DNA of 64,000 nt from Parasitella parasitica NRRL 2501 (taxonomy: Eukaryota > Fungi > Mucoromycota), in contig MU619271.1 of assembly GCA_025201805.1 (NCBI GenBank), positions 1-64,000 on the forward strand, read 5' to 3'. Under the pieces are notes generated by a model. It worked only from the letters and a program-made list of their open reading frames with translations, searched no databases and was not told the origin of the DNA. This document shows, piece by piece, positions 12,707 to 24,399 of the stretch; position 1 is the stretch's first letter; the number at the start of each line of letters is the position of its first letter. Both the position numbers and the translations under genes were made by a program.

Positions 12707-13394
12707 CATCAGGAGAGAACGTAAAAGATTGACTGGGTTTTATTGTCTCTATTTTGTGGTGTATGAACGAGTTTGATTAGAATTTCGTTACTAAATGAGT
12801 TATAAAAGTAGAATTGAGGTTGAAAGCGCATTATTAGGACATTACCTCTAAGCAGCTCCAACTTGAGGCCTCATCTAAATTTTGCGATCTGAAAAGAATA
12901 CCGTACCTATTCACTTAATTTCGGAGTATCCGCCAGCCTCAATGATTAATCTTATTGTGGTTTATTAAGCTTTATTCGTTAGTATATACTCAATTATTCA
13001 ATTGGATAGAAGTATTGCCTTTTCAGCGAGCTATGGGATTCGCATATGTCCTCTGCATACTTATGTGATCGAGTCCATTTATCTAGTAGTGTGCACCAAG
13101 ATAAACTATGTGAACGGTAAAGGTTGACATTTTTAATTGCTAACATTGCTATCTACTTGGGCTGACATGGCTTCACTGCACATTTCCGCACGAATCTTGA
13201 TATTCAACTCTTTTCATAAATTTCTAGATTCATCCTTTCAAGAATAAAGAAATAGGCTCTCCATTCAACAGCTCAGGGCGTTTCTTGACGAGAAAATTTG
13301 CTTGAGCCACAATGGAATGGTAGTCGATTGCAGTACGGTTTATTTCCATTTGATCAACGCTTTCGCCCATCACACAAATACCCAAAGTTATTCA

Positions 13395-13404
13395 NNNNNN
13401 NNNN

Positions 13405-13459
<55 letters not shown>
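13395..13459. repeat. assembly gap (10 N) followed by a ~55-nt poly(A) tract
   Basis: Directly visible. Confidence 0.95.
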
Positions 13460-13462
<3 letters not shown>

Positions 13463-13585
13463 AATACGCAGCGAATTGAGAGTGAAAGGTCTGTATTGAT
13501 AAAACATGGCCAAATAGGCTTACTGTCTGGTCTACAAAAAAAATTAACTAGTGTGTCTCTTTACAGAAACCATGCAGAATTCAAG

Positions 13586-13846
13586 CTAAAAACCTTTCCT
13601 AATAGTGCACGAACCAGCATGACAACGACCACCACCACAGCAGGGTGGAGTGTGAGCACTAGTACTACATGAAAGACCAGCCTGTATGCAATAAGGCTGA
13701 GGTGGGATTCGGTCTTCGGCCTTGATCCCTGACTGAGGCAGAGAGGGGGATTTCTCGTCTCTCTTGCGATTTGTCTGGGTAGTTTCTGTTACGAATAATG
13801 ATACGACAACCAGAGACACGGTCCAGAGCTTGAGGTTGAGAAGCAT
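13586..13846 (-). CDS. small secreted Cys-rich peptide 2 (knottin-like, 86 aa precursor)
   Basis: MLLNLKLWTVSLVVVSLFVTETT signal, RKR dibasic site, PSLPQS pro-motif, C-x6-C-x8-CC-x4-C-x4-C. ATG in tttaaaATG context. Confidence 0.85.
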   Translation of the reverse strand: MLLNLKLWTVSLVVVSLFVTETTQTNRKRDEKSPSLPQSGIKAEDRIPPQPYCIQAGLSCSTSAHTPPCCGGGRCHAGSCTIRKGF

Positions 13847-13946
13847 TTTAAATAATGTGAATTGCAGAGTGTATGAGAAAACCGGAAACAAACAGACCAA
13901 GAAAAGTTCAAATTTTTTATATGGGGAGTCCAGGACGCACGATGAA

Positions 13947-13962
13947 TTCTTTGTTCTCGGTT
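13947..13962 (-). promoter_or_regulatory. shared upstream motif of peptide gene 2
   Basis: TTCTTTGTTCTCGGTT, identical to 12691-12706, just upstream of a TATA-like ATATAAAA on the minus strand. Confidence 0.55.
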
Positions 13963-14357
13963 TTTGGAGAGGACATGATTTGAATTTCGTTTAGTTTTAC
14001 TAAACATCAGAATATCATGATCTGAGGTTTTGCTTTCTCCTATTTTGTATTCTATCATCATCATCGTCATCATAATCATTGAACGCACAATGTAGGGTGT
14101 TTATGATTGATGAGACATTCATTCAGGTATGATGAGAATCCAATCAGCCGTGTATCCAAGAGTGATAAAACGTGAGCTACCGTACAAAACTTTCCACAGC
14201 ATTTAGCTCTGCCAAAATTGTTCCTGTAATCCAAAAGGCCAATCATCTGAGTGTACTCTGTAACTGAAACGCGTGTCAAGCACGATCAGATTCCAAGCCG
14301 CAGATTAATAATAATGTGTAGTTTTTTCCTTGTATTAACCAGCAACAAAACCACACA

Positions 14358-16999
14358 ATGGGAAGCCCTAGGAAAAAAGAAATCTATGCAAGTCCCACTG
14401 CAATCTTATCTTCTCTTCGAAGAAGCAAACGAAATTGCAGCAGAGACACAGAAGAAGTCTCTGACGACGAAGTCCAATTGTGCCAAGTTCGCTCTGCTGA
14501 GGGATCTCCTGAACGACATACAGCCCAACGTACCCATGCGTCAAGAATGTACCATCAATCGCCACAGCGTCTGTCTTCCTCGTCCAGAATTCCCTCAGAT
14601 TCATGGCAAGACGCTTCAGCAAAACCGCTTGTGCCTCAAACACCTAATCAGGTCGCCGTATCCAAGACGAAGGATAACGAGATTACCCAAGCTCCAGAGA
14701 CAACCATATCGCTTGGAAAACGTAAAACCGACGAATCCTTGGATGCAAACGACCAAACAAGAGCACCAAATCAATCACAGGATTCTCAGGAAGCACGCAA
14801 TGCCTACTTGACGAAAAAACTGCAGCTGCAGTCTTCTCAGCAGATTTCAGCTTCGTCCTCAAGACTTCCCTCTGATTCATGGCAAGATGCTTCTACTGAA
14901 CCTCTGGCCCCTCCAGACAGTGCGCATCGAGATAGTTTTCCACTTTCCAAGCCTAGCGACTCACCAGCTGCCTCGAGAAAGCGTAAAGCGAATGTGCCCG
15001 TGGATTTAGACGCACTCACGAAAGCATTGCGTCGAACAAAAGAAAACGTAAGTATGATGCTCTTCTTGGAATCTTACAAAAAAAAAACTGGATTTGATGA
15101 TTTGTCTTTGTTTAGGCATCTATTGCATCACAGGCTAAAACTAACGATAGCTTTGCTGAAAAGAAGGGCGCTGGAAATCAGCAAACAACCAAAGCGGTCG
15201 AAAGCAGCCAAGAGCAAAAGCAGCCTATTTCTGGCAAAGCAACAGAACCAGAAAAGAGTATGGATCCACCAAATGAGCAGGGGGACACAAGACCCACTAA
15301 AGAAGAGGAAGAAGCTCGTATCGTCAAAGAGATCGATCATATTATGAAAACTGTCAAATGCCTACCCAATTACTACAAATTGGTCGATAAAATTGGCGAG
15401 GGCACATTCAGTACAGTGTATAAAGCTCAAGATATCCGTAGAGATTACTATGACAACAATGAGTGGGAGCCTCAATTGCTTGAGAGTACTCAAAACTCAT
15501 ACGTCTCTCCATGTGCTACGCCTACCCGACCAACAGCATCAGCAGAGACAACATATCAAGACAAAGGTAAAAGCAGCCAGTCTCCACCATCGTCCCCTAA
15601 AGATTTGAGCGAATTTGTTGCTCTCAAGAGAGTTTACGATACCAGTAGCCCCCGAAGAATTGCCAACGAAATCAAAATCCTCAGGAAGCTCAAAGGTAGC
15701 AAATGTATTTCCCCAATGATCACTGCATTTAGGCAGCAAGACCAGGTCTTTGTTGTAATGCCCTATATTCAGCATGATGAATTCAAGCCATCATTCCATA
15801 AAATGGAAATAATCGATATCAAATACTACATGAAGTCGTTGTTTACAGCTTTACAACAACTTCACAATTTCAAAATACTGCATCGTGATGTAAAGCCCAA
15901 TAATTTTCTGTACAATATCCGTAAAAGAGCAGGCTATCTTATTGATTTTGGATTAGCAGAGGTAAAAAAAAAAAGAAAAAAAAGAAAACAAAAGTGTTGC
16001 TTGTTCTATACATTCATACCTTTAGCACTTAGAGCGAAGACGACGTCAAGCAGCTGGAAATGTATGTCGAAAAAGCAACCAAGGCGTCAAAATTTAGCGT
16101 TTACGCTCAAGCACATCATCAGAACAGCAGCATCACCAATGCTGCCAACAGCAATAGCATTAATAGCAAATCTATCGCCAAAATGGCAAGCTCCAATTCG
16201 GTGCTAGCAGCCCTTACAAACAAAGAAAATCGTGCTGGATTACCACCTACTACTTCCGCTTCCGTATCCTCGTCCGCATCTGCATCTGCATCCGCATCCG
16301 CATCCGCATCCGCATCCGCATCATCATCAGCAGCAGCACCTACAACACCCAATACTGGGCCACCAGGTTCTACAACGAGCAGACAATCAAACAGGATTAT
16401 CAAAGGTTACATTAAAAATGATCCCAGATTATCAATTAGGGCAAATCGTGCAGGCACTCGTGGCTTTAGAGCTCCTGAGATTCTAATGAGAGTAACCCAT
16501 CAGACATGCGGTAAGACTAGATGCAGGCTTTTATGGCTATTTTTTTTTTTTTTTTTTGGTATCTCACAAAAGACAAACATAGCTATTGATATTTGGGCTG
16601 CGGGTGTCATTTTATTGTGTTTTCTTACCAACACATATCCATTCTTCTTGTCGAATGATGAAGCTGATGCACTTGTAGAATTAGGGCAGATATACGGATT
16701 AGAAAAATTGCAAGAGTGCGCTCGTACCAACAGTAAGTGTAGTAGTCTCTGATTTGTTCAACAACGTTGATTTTTTTTTTCTTTCAGATCGCCATTTTGA
16801 GACAAATGTCAATATACCGAAAACAAAATTACCTTGGACTACACTGATAGAAATACTAAACAAAGAGAAAGTTCAAACATGGAGCCGACGAGACTATGAT
16901 GCAGCTGTGGATTTATTGAGAAGATCGTTAGAATTAGATCCAAACAAACGAATCACGGCAGAAGAGGCTTTGAAAATGGATTTTCTTCAGGTAGATTAG
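14358..16999 (+). CDS. CDC7: Cdc7/Hsk1 (DDK) Ser/Thr kinase with a long disordered N-terminal extension
   Basis: KIGEGTFSTVYKA, ALKRVYDTSSPRRIANE, HRDVKPNNFL, DFGLA, large kinase insert, then the Cdc7-diagnostic RANRAGTRGFRAPE and IDIWAAGVILL. Intron 15048-15115 joins the N-terminal ORF in frame. Confidence 0.92.
16273..16320 (+). repeat. (TCYGCA)8 hexamer repeat encoding poly(Ser-Ala) in the Cdc7 kinase insert
   Basis: Directly visible; translates SASASASASASASASA. Confidence 0.9.
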
Positions 17000-17023
17000 A
17001 GTAGCTACCTTCGCCTTCCTACC

Positions 17024-17024
<1 letters not shown>

Positions 17025-17091
<67 letters not shown>
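17025..17091. repeat. ~67-nt poly(A) tract in the CDC7 3' region
   Basis: Directly visible. Confidence 0.95.
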
Positions 17092-17092
<1 letters not shown>

Positions 17093-17398
17093 AGGTTAAA
17101 CGTTGTAAATAAAGTGTATATAAATACTATTCTATAATATAGAAATTGACTTGGCGGATTTCCGGTATTGATATTATACCATAGCCATGATGCACGGATA
17201 TAGCAAACTTTAATAGCGCAGAGATGTGCACTAGTAAAGATTTCAAATTAAAGATAATTATACATCTTGTTTATCAGATAATATGACAGAATATTAGTAT
17301 TTAAAATTATTAAAGATTATTAAAGATTAACAGAATAATAGGGATGGTGCAAGTTAAGATAATATGTGATTAAAGTGATTCTTGATCTAGTGGATAAT

Positions 17399-18566
17399 TC
17401 ACATGTCTTTTCTGGGTGGTAATGGTGGGGGTATATCATCGTCAGTGTTGATCGATGCTTCTTCAATACGAGATAACTCTACAGCAGGCTTCTTAATGCC
17501 ATCTCCTTCTTCAATGCTTTGTTGCTGATGGCACTGCAGGTGTCGATTCAATATGGCACTGGATCGGGTAATAGAAGATTGTCCACGAGCTGTATTTTTC
17601 ATGTTTATGTAAGCAATTGCATTATCGTTTACAATCGAGCCCATGCCAACCAAATCTGCTAAAGAAAGCCCTGTTTCTGGATCAACGATACCGGTATCAG
17701 CGCCGTTTTGAAGCAGAAACTCTGCCATGGGAAAGACAATCTTTCTAGGTGATATACTTGACGATGCAGCATTCGAAGCAGAGGGGATAGCCGATGAGGA
17801 TGATGCGATAGAAGATTCATCACCACCGGCTTCTGCAGTATGGTTGGTTTTCGGACTAGAGCTGCTGTGCGTAACAGTAGGCGACGTATAGAATAATTCA
17901 TCATTTGTTGCTTCACGTCCATGAAGTAGAGCATAATGCAACGCATAGCGCACAATCAAATGATCATGTCTATTTTCTCCATCCCCTTCAGATCCATTTA
18001 CCTTGAGTTTCTGGGAAGATGCGTCATCCAAGTCTGCCAAAAATGGCATAAAAATATCTCCAGAATGCTGATTGTGGTGTTGCTGGTGCAAAGGTAAAAG
18101 AAGAGAGATACGTGGCGATTTAGTTGAGTTTGGACGAGAGGAATTTACATTTCCCCCAGAAGCAAGAGCAAACAAGGCCTTGGGGATGTCGTCATGATCG
18201 ATGGCTTCGAATAGTAATTCATCGGCTGTAGTTGGGCAATCTTTGTCGAAAGGTTTGCTTACGAACTGACGACCGACGTATTTAGCTTGAATGTAGGCCA
18301 GCTTGACAGCACGAGAATCTTTTGGGCTGGGTCTCGGTGTATTAGCCGTTGTTGCAGTTGCAGTTGCAGTAGTAGCAGACTCATTTTCAATTCGTGCATC
18401 CCATACGGCGTTTGCTCGGGCATTGCCAATTGACTTCAGCAGTTCCACAATGTCCGCAGTATACGAGTTACTGTCCAACGTCAAAGAACGTATTTTTGAT
18501 ATATGCGTCCCTAGGCTACGATGTATGCCAGAACACTCTGGATTGGCAATGCATTAGTGTATAGAC

Positions 18567-18608
<42 letters not shown>

Positions 18609-20561
18609 TATGGAAGCAAACCCTTACCTATACATAACAATACCCCTAAATTTAAGGAGCACCAGTCAGGGTTTTCGGCATGACAGTCAACGCAGTAATG
18701 ATTCGAAGCATCTTCCCGTAAAATCGACAGCAATCTTGCATTAGCTTCAGAATCAGGAAGTGATGCGAATACATAGTTTCCGTTGTTGTTATTGCTTTGC
18801 TGGAGGGTGGACAGTTTATTAGTGCCATTATTCTTGTCATGATGGCTTCCAAAGCTGAACCCAGACCATCTAAATCTGTCACTGGGACTCGATGATGCTG
18901 ACACCAGTAATTCAGCACCCTCCGATGGAGTATTTGCATCCGCAGCAGCATTGTTGGTTGCAACGCCTGTCTGTTTTTTCGATGCTGTTGAATGACTTGG
19001 CGAAGTAATCACTGTTTGATTTGTGGATCCAGAAGCAGCAGCAGCTACTGCAGCTAGTCCGTTTTTAAGAGCACCGCTCAAGGTCCTTCCATGTCGTTTG
19101 TTGGTGGCAATGGGAGCAGCAGCTGGCGCTTTTGAACTTTGATCCAACAAATTAGCAGAGGAGATGCTTCTTCCACTCAGGACGCTCTCAATCGAGTTAT
19201 GTATTGTTCCAATCCAGCTTTGAGCCTCCTCTTCTGATGTTGCTTGATAGATACGTCGCATATGAGGTGTGATGACTTCAAAACAGAACCGACGCTCTGC
19301 ATTGCGAGCCTCACGAACAGTAGCGAATCGCAGGTTGATGGGGTCGATATGTGGCTCCAACTGCCGTTTCCAATTTGAGTATTCGTGTAGCTGGCCACCA
19401 CTCAACACACACCAATATCTAGCGACGAAAACAAATACACACACACACACACACATATTAGCGCATGTCATCAACAGTACGGCTATTAGTACATTACTTG
19501 TGCCATGTAACTGACGAGCCTGTGACATCAAATCCGCCTGTACTCTTGAATGGTTTCGATGTGGCAAACAGAAAGCCCTCTTTTTTGCGTCCTAAAACCT
19601 GATCTCTCTGATCCATGTCTCGAACACCTTTGAATAAGCCTTGCTCACTGCTGCCAAAGTTCAGTTCGGGTATAGTCGGTGGGATTGTGCTAATAAGGTC
19701 GCTGTTCTCTTCTGTCTGATTCTGCTGTTGGTCCACGTTGTCAATGTTACACAGCAATTCTTTTCGTTTAACAGCTCTTTCTTTTGTTGTCAGCTCCTGT
19801 TCTAATGAGTTTGCAGTCATGAGCGCTACCAAATCGTCCAGTCCAGGCTTCTCGGGCTCGATTTTGTTTGCTATGGATTCGTAGTAGTTGAAATCTCGGA
19901 TGGTGTGGTCTGTAACACAAAACAAAATTTCATTTTCCTTTTTACCCCCATGAACATCCAGCAGGAATCCCAAGTAATCGAATCTTGCAAGGTCAAATCG
20001 ACATTTTCGCTGATCCTGTCTCCTTTGCTCTTCTTTGGTCGTTTTTTTTTTGCTTTTGAGATACTTTGCAAGCGAAGCATAGTATTCCTTGCTCTCCTCT
20101 TCAAATTGCCGCTTTTTCAATTCAGCAGTTTTAATGTCTTGGTCGTAGATCAGCTTCAACGGTGCCAGTATTTGGCTGTACAGCGATTGATCTAGCCGAG
20201 TACGCTCATGTTGAATAATGCCGCACACATTATTCAGGTAATGACTCATCAATGGCTCCACGCATTGCATATCCCGCAGAGCATCATAGTAACATTCGTC
20301 TGCTTGAGACAATTGACGACGGCTATCCAATGCGTTTGTTGCAGCTTTGATGATCTTCTTTAGTGATTGCTTCAGTGTGGATGTCCGGTCTTCCAGATTT
20401 TTGACTGTAGCCCGAAACAATGGCCCATCCTCCAAATAAGCGTCGTCCATGAATGATCTCTTTGAGATACATGTTGGTAGATGTGGTGTGGTTTCGGCTA
20501 ATGTGGCTATGATTTCGTCGGACAAGCTTTTTCCGTACAATGCATCCTCATCGCTAGACAT
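17399..20561 (-). CDS. BAR-PH-ArfGAP-ankyrin protein (ACAP/centaurin-beta-like)
   Basis: EDGPLFRATV BAR start; PH domain (KKEGFLF...ERRFCFEVITP...YQATSEEEAQSW); ArfGAP zinc finger CVDC-x16-CIEC-SGIHRSLG after splicing; ankyrin-like MAEFLLQNGAD. Introns contain (CA)n and (GCA)n microsatellites. Confidence 0.9.
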
Positions 20562-20813
20562 TTTTTAATTTAAAAAAAAAAATAAAAAATAAAAAAAGAA
20601 GAGAGGAAAAAGGAAAGAGGGGGGGGGGTTTAATGTAGAAGAACCCCAATCAAGCAAGTGAAAAAATGCGCCGTGACACACATTTCCAATGTCTGTTGTG
20701 CTGGTTTCCTATAGTCGAAGCAGTTCATCATTCGAGCCATCTTTGTTGGCCAAGATTTACACAGTCCTTCTCACCTGCATTTACTCTTGATTTGAGATAT
20801 AGTCGCTGCAGCA

Positions 20814-20845
<32 letters not shown>

Positions 20846-21488
20846 CTTGCAACAATCACCACTTGAAAAATGTAGCGGCAAAAAAAAAAGACTTTGATTA
20901 TGATCTATGCAAAAAGCATCTCATTTCGTGGATAGCTGGAGCAACTGATTGCACGTTACATTGGGCGGTGATAAATTTCCGCCATCCTATCGCTTAGAGC
21001 AATGTACAAGTACAGGTACAGGATTGCTATGCAAAAATCCTCCTGTTCAAGATCTATAATCATTATTTTTCTATTTAGAGAAAGCTTCAACCCTTCAACC
21101 TGATGAATACTACATGCTTTATTAACAAAATTGGAATGCACATCAACCCTTTCTGATTGGCTTGGGTATTCAATGACGTAGGATTCCCTTCATGTAGTTT
21201 ATGTAACATTCGAGTAAATGTCATCATCAGCAGCTTTTCATCCATCATTCCTGCCCAAGAACACTCAAGTAGCAGTGAATTATTTGGCATTTCGGGGTCA
21301 ACCACAGGTAATCTCTAGCATAAATAGTTGTCAATTGAACCTGCTCATCTGTCAACGCGACAGGACATTTAGCAACAAAAGCGGCCATTCAAAGCTATCG
21401 CAATCCTTCTTTTTGCATCCAAAAGAGAAAACTTTTTCAACATCAAGCAAATTTCTGCTGTTATTTTTTTTTTTTTTTTTTTTTTTTT

Positions 21489-21628
21489 NNNNNNNNNNNN
21501 NNNNNNNNNNNNNNNNNNNNNNNNNNNNNNNNNNNNNNNNNNNNNNNNNNNNNNNNNNNNNNNNNNNNNNNNNNNNNNNNNNNNNNNNNNNNNNNNNNNN
21601 NNNNNNNNNNNNNNNNNNNNNNNNNNNN
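21489..21628. other. assembly gap flanked by poly(T)
   Basis: Run of N; may hide the first exon of the bromodomain gene. Confidence 0.95.
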
Positions 21629-21738
21629 TTTTTTTGCTCTGCTACGAAATAATTCCCTTCTAAAATTCTCAACCAAACAGCACTGAATCTACACCACCAC
21701 CGTCTCCACCTTCCGAACAACCACAGCAAACCGCTATA

Positions 21739-24313
21739 ATGACACCAGCGGAAAGAAATTGGTGTTTGCAAACTATCAAATCACTGCGAAAACACAAAAG
21801 AGCTATTGCGTTTCTGGAGCCTGTGGACCCAATCGTGTTCAAAATTCCAGACTATTTCGACATTATCAAATCACCAATGGACCTTGGCACTATCGACAAG
21901 AAATTGAAAGCAGAGCAGTATCCGACGCTTGCTGCCTTCAAAGCTGACGTACAGCTTGTATTTGATAACTGCTTTCTTTACAACAATGCGGGAGACCCTG
22001 TTACTCAGGACGCTAAAAAGCTAGAGGAACACTACAAAAAATTGTGCAAGAAAGAGCCCTCTCTTGCTCATGCTACAGAAGCACCAAAAAAGATAGTAAT
22101 CTCTGCACCGAAACCCACTACATACATTGACAATGTTAGTTTTTTAATTCTTTTTTTTTTCTTGTGCGCTTACATCTTGCGCTAATGGCTGTATTGACAA
22201 ATTATTTAGACATTTTCGTCAGAACAGTTTCCAACGCAACAACCACAGCAAGATTATTCGTCAACACCTTCTACAGCTTTGGATGTCGATACAAGCAGCA
22301 GCAGCAGCAGCAGCAGCAGCATGATCCCTGATCAACAGACACCGAAACCGCGAATAAAGGTCAAATTGCCTGTACAGCCTGATCTATATAACGAGACACC
22401 TAAATCGGCTACGACTATGACTACGACTACGACTACGACGACAGCGACAGCGACGGCCCCAATTACTGCACCAGCCAAGTCACCAAGCACCGATTCAACA
22501 TCTTTGGCAGTCAGGAATACCCATCATGGTAGAATGGAAGCGATGCCTGAAGACCAATTTAAGCGCTGCGAAGCTATTGTTCATGAGTTGAAGAAACCAA
22601 AGTACAAGGGGTTTTATTGGCCATTCCTTAATCCTGTAGATGCGGATGCGTGGGGTGCCTCAGATTATTATGAAATCATCAAACAGCCCATGGATATGAC
22701 GACTTACGAGCGAAAATTATACGAATACGAGTATTCAAATGAAGAGGAACTAGCACAAGACATTCGACTCATGTTTCGAAATTGTTATTTTTACAATCCA
22801 CCGAACCATCTTGTTCACGGCCTCGGTAAAGAGTTTGAAGAAATATTCGAGAAGCAATGGGCAAAATTACATAGTAACAACAAGAAATCCTCTAAAAGCC
22901 ATTCATCAAAACGACGACGTACTTCGCACACTGTAGATACACCCACTTTAAATAATACTCCTCCATCCACTGTACAACAACCGCAACCACAAACACAATC
23001 TCTGCAAACTACTACTACCAGCTTCTCAGAATCATCGTTACTCAAAAGTGATAATTCATTATCTGACATAAAAATCAATACTAATAATAACAACCAAGGT
23101 CGATCCACCATTTTGCGTTTGAAGCTGAATGGCCCCACTGTCAAAAAAGAAGAGCAGCCAAAGGTGAGATAATAAGAACGAACGTAACTGGGCATTTATA
23201 CTAATGTGTAATCAAGCCCAAGCCAATTGTCAAGGTTCCTGGGTTAGCTCTTTCGAAAGAACCTCCGTCCTCAGCAGCCATTACGTCGGTTGCTAATGGT
23301 CCAAAATTGGCTATTGGGGTAAAGCCTCCGTCGCCTGTTAAAGAAAAAAAACCAGAGAAATCTGTAAGTACTACCAGAGTCTTGATTCACATGTATTGAC
23401 AGCGGACTAGACACCTATTGTTTTACAAAATCATGACAAGTGGCTCGCACTGGCTAAAAAATCCCCTACAGAAGCTGCCACCGCACCAGCAGCACCTGTA
23501 GCAAAAGCAGCCACTCAACACAAACCAACTTTACAGCAAACACACCATACCAATTACAATAAAAAACCAAAAGAGATCATTTCCCCTAGTGCTTCGACGC
23601 CAAATTTACACCATTCGCCTCCGCCACAGCCGCCACAAGCACCAAAAGCACAACCGTTCGATATCAATGTTTTGTATAATCAAATTCATAACGAAAAAAA
23701 GTTGAAAGAACAACAAGTAAAAATCTTGGCGAATCCGAATAAACTGCCAAGGCACTGATTTCTTTTTTTTTTCTTTTTTTTTTTTTGATAGAAACGAGAG
23801 GAGCAAGATAGGTGGGAAAAGAATGAAAAGATCAGATTAGAAAAGGAAAAAATCGCAACTGAGATCCGTCTTGGCAAATTAAGAGAACTCAACCAACAAT
23901 CACAAATGCAAAGACAACAGGACAAAAAGGACAGATATCGTGAATTGGTAAGTGAGATAATTCTGTTTTTTTTTGTTTTTTGTTTTTAAGAAAAAAGTGT
24001 CTCGGGCTGAACTATTCGAAAGAATTCCCAAAGAATTGATATCAGCAAACAAAAGATGATGTTTGCCAAGTTTGAATCCTCATTCTTGGTCCGAGATCAA
24101 GATTGGAGGGAAGTCTTTACCTGGCAGCGAGACACAAATGATTATCGTCATATACCTGTTCCTGGCTTTGTGAAAAGAGCACCTATCAAAATACCAGAAC
24201 TACGCAGACGGTTATTGAGCAAGTGTGCTCGGTTGGAAAACTCAAAGAGTAATGATCACAGCCCTGAAACTGTTAATGGAGACGGCGAATTGTCTGATAT
24301 GGATGTAGATTAG
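21739..24313 (+). CDS. tandem bromodomain protein (BET/Bdf1-like); true start may lie upstream in the gap
   Basis: BD1 AFLEPVDP...PDYFDIIKSPMDLGTI...FDNCFLYN; BD2 WPFLNPVD...DYYEIIKQPMD...MFRNCYFYNPP; charged coiled-coil C-terminus. The frame is open back to an acceptor-like cag near 21680. Confidence 0.88.
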
Positions 24314-24399
24314 TTGTGAGTTTTTTTTTACAGAGAGAGAAAATAAATTAAAATCTTTTTTTTTGTCGTAATAATTCCAATATAATGACGATCCATTTA

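Noticed and set aside
13298-13672. Poly-Lys ORFs
   Set aside because: Artefact of translating the N-gap and poly(A) tract.
17025-17091. Poly(A) after CDC7 as evidence of a processed retrocopy
   Set aside because: The gene retains introns, and long A/T homopolymers are common throughout this window.
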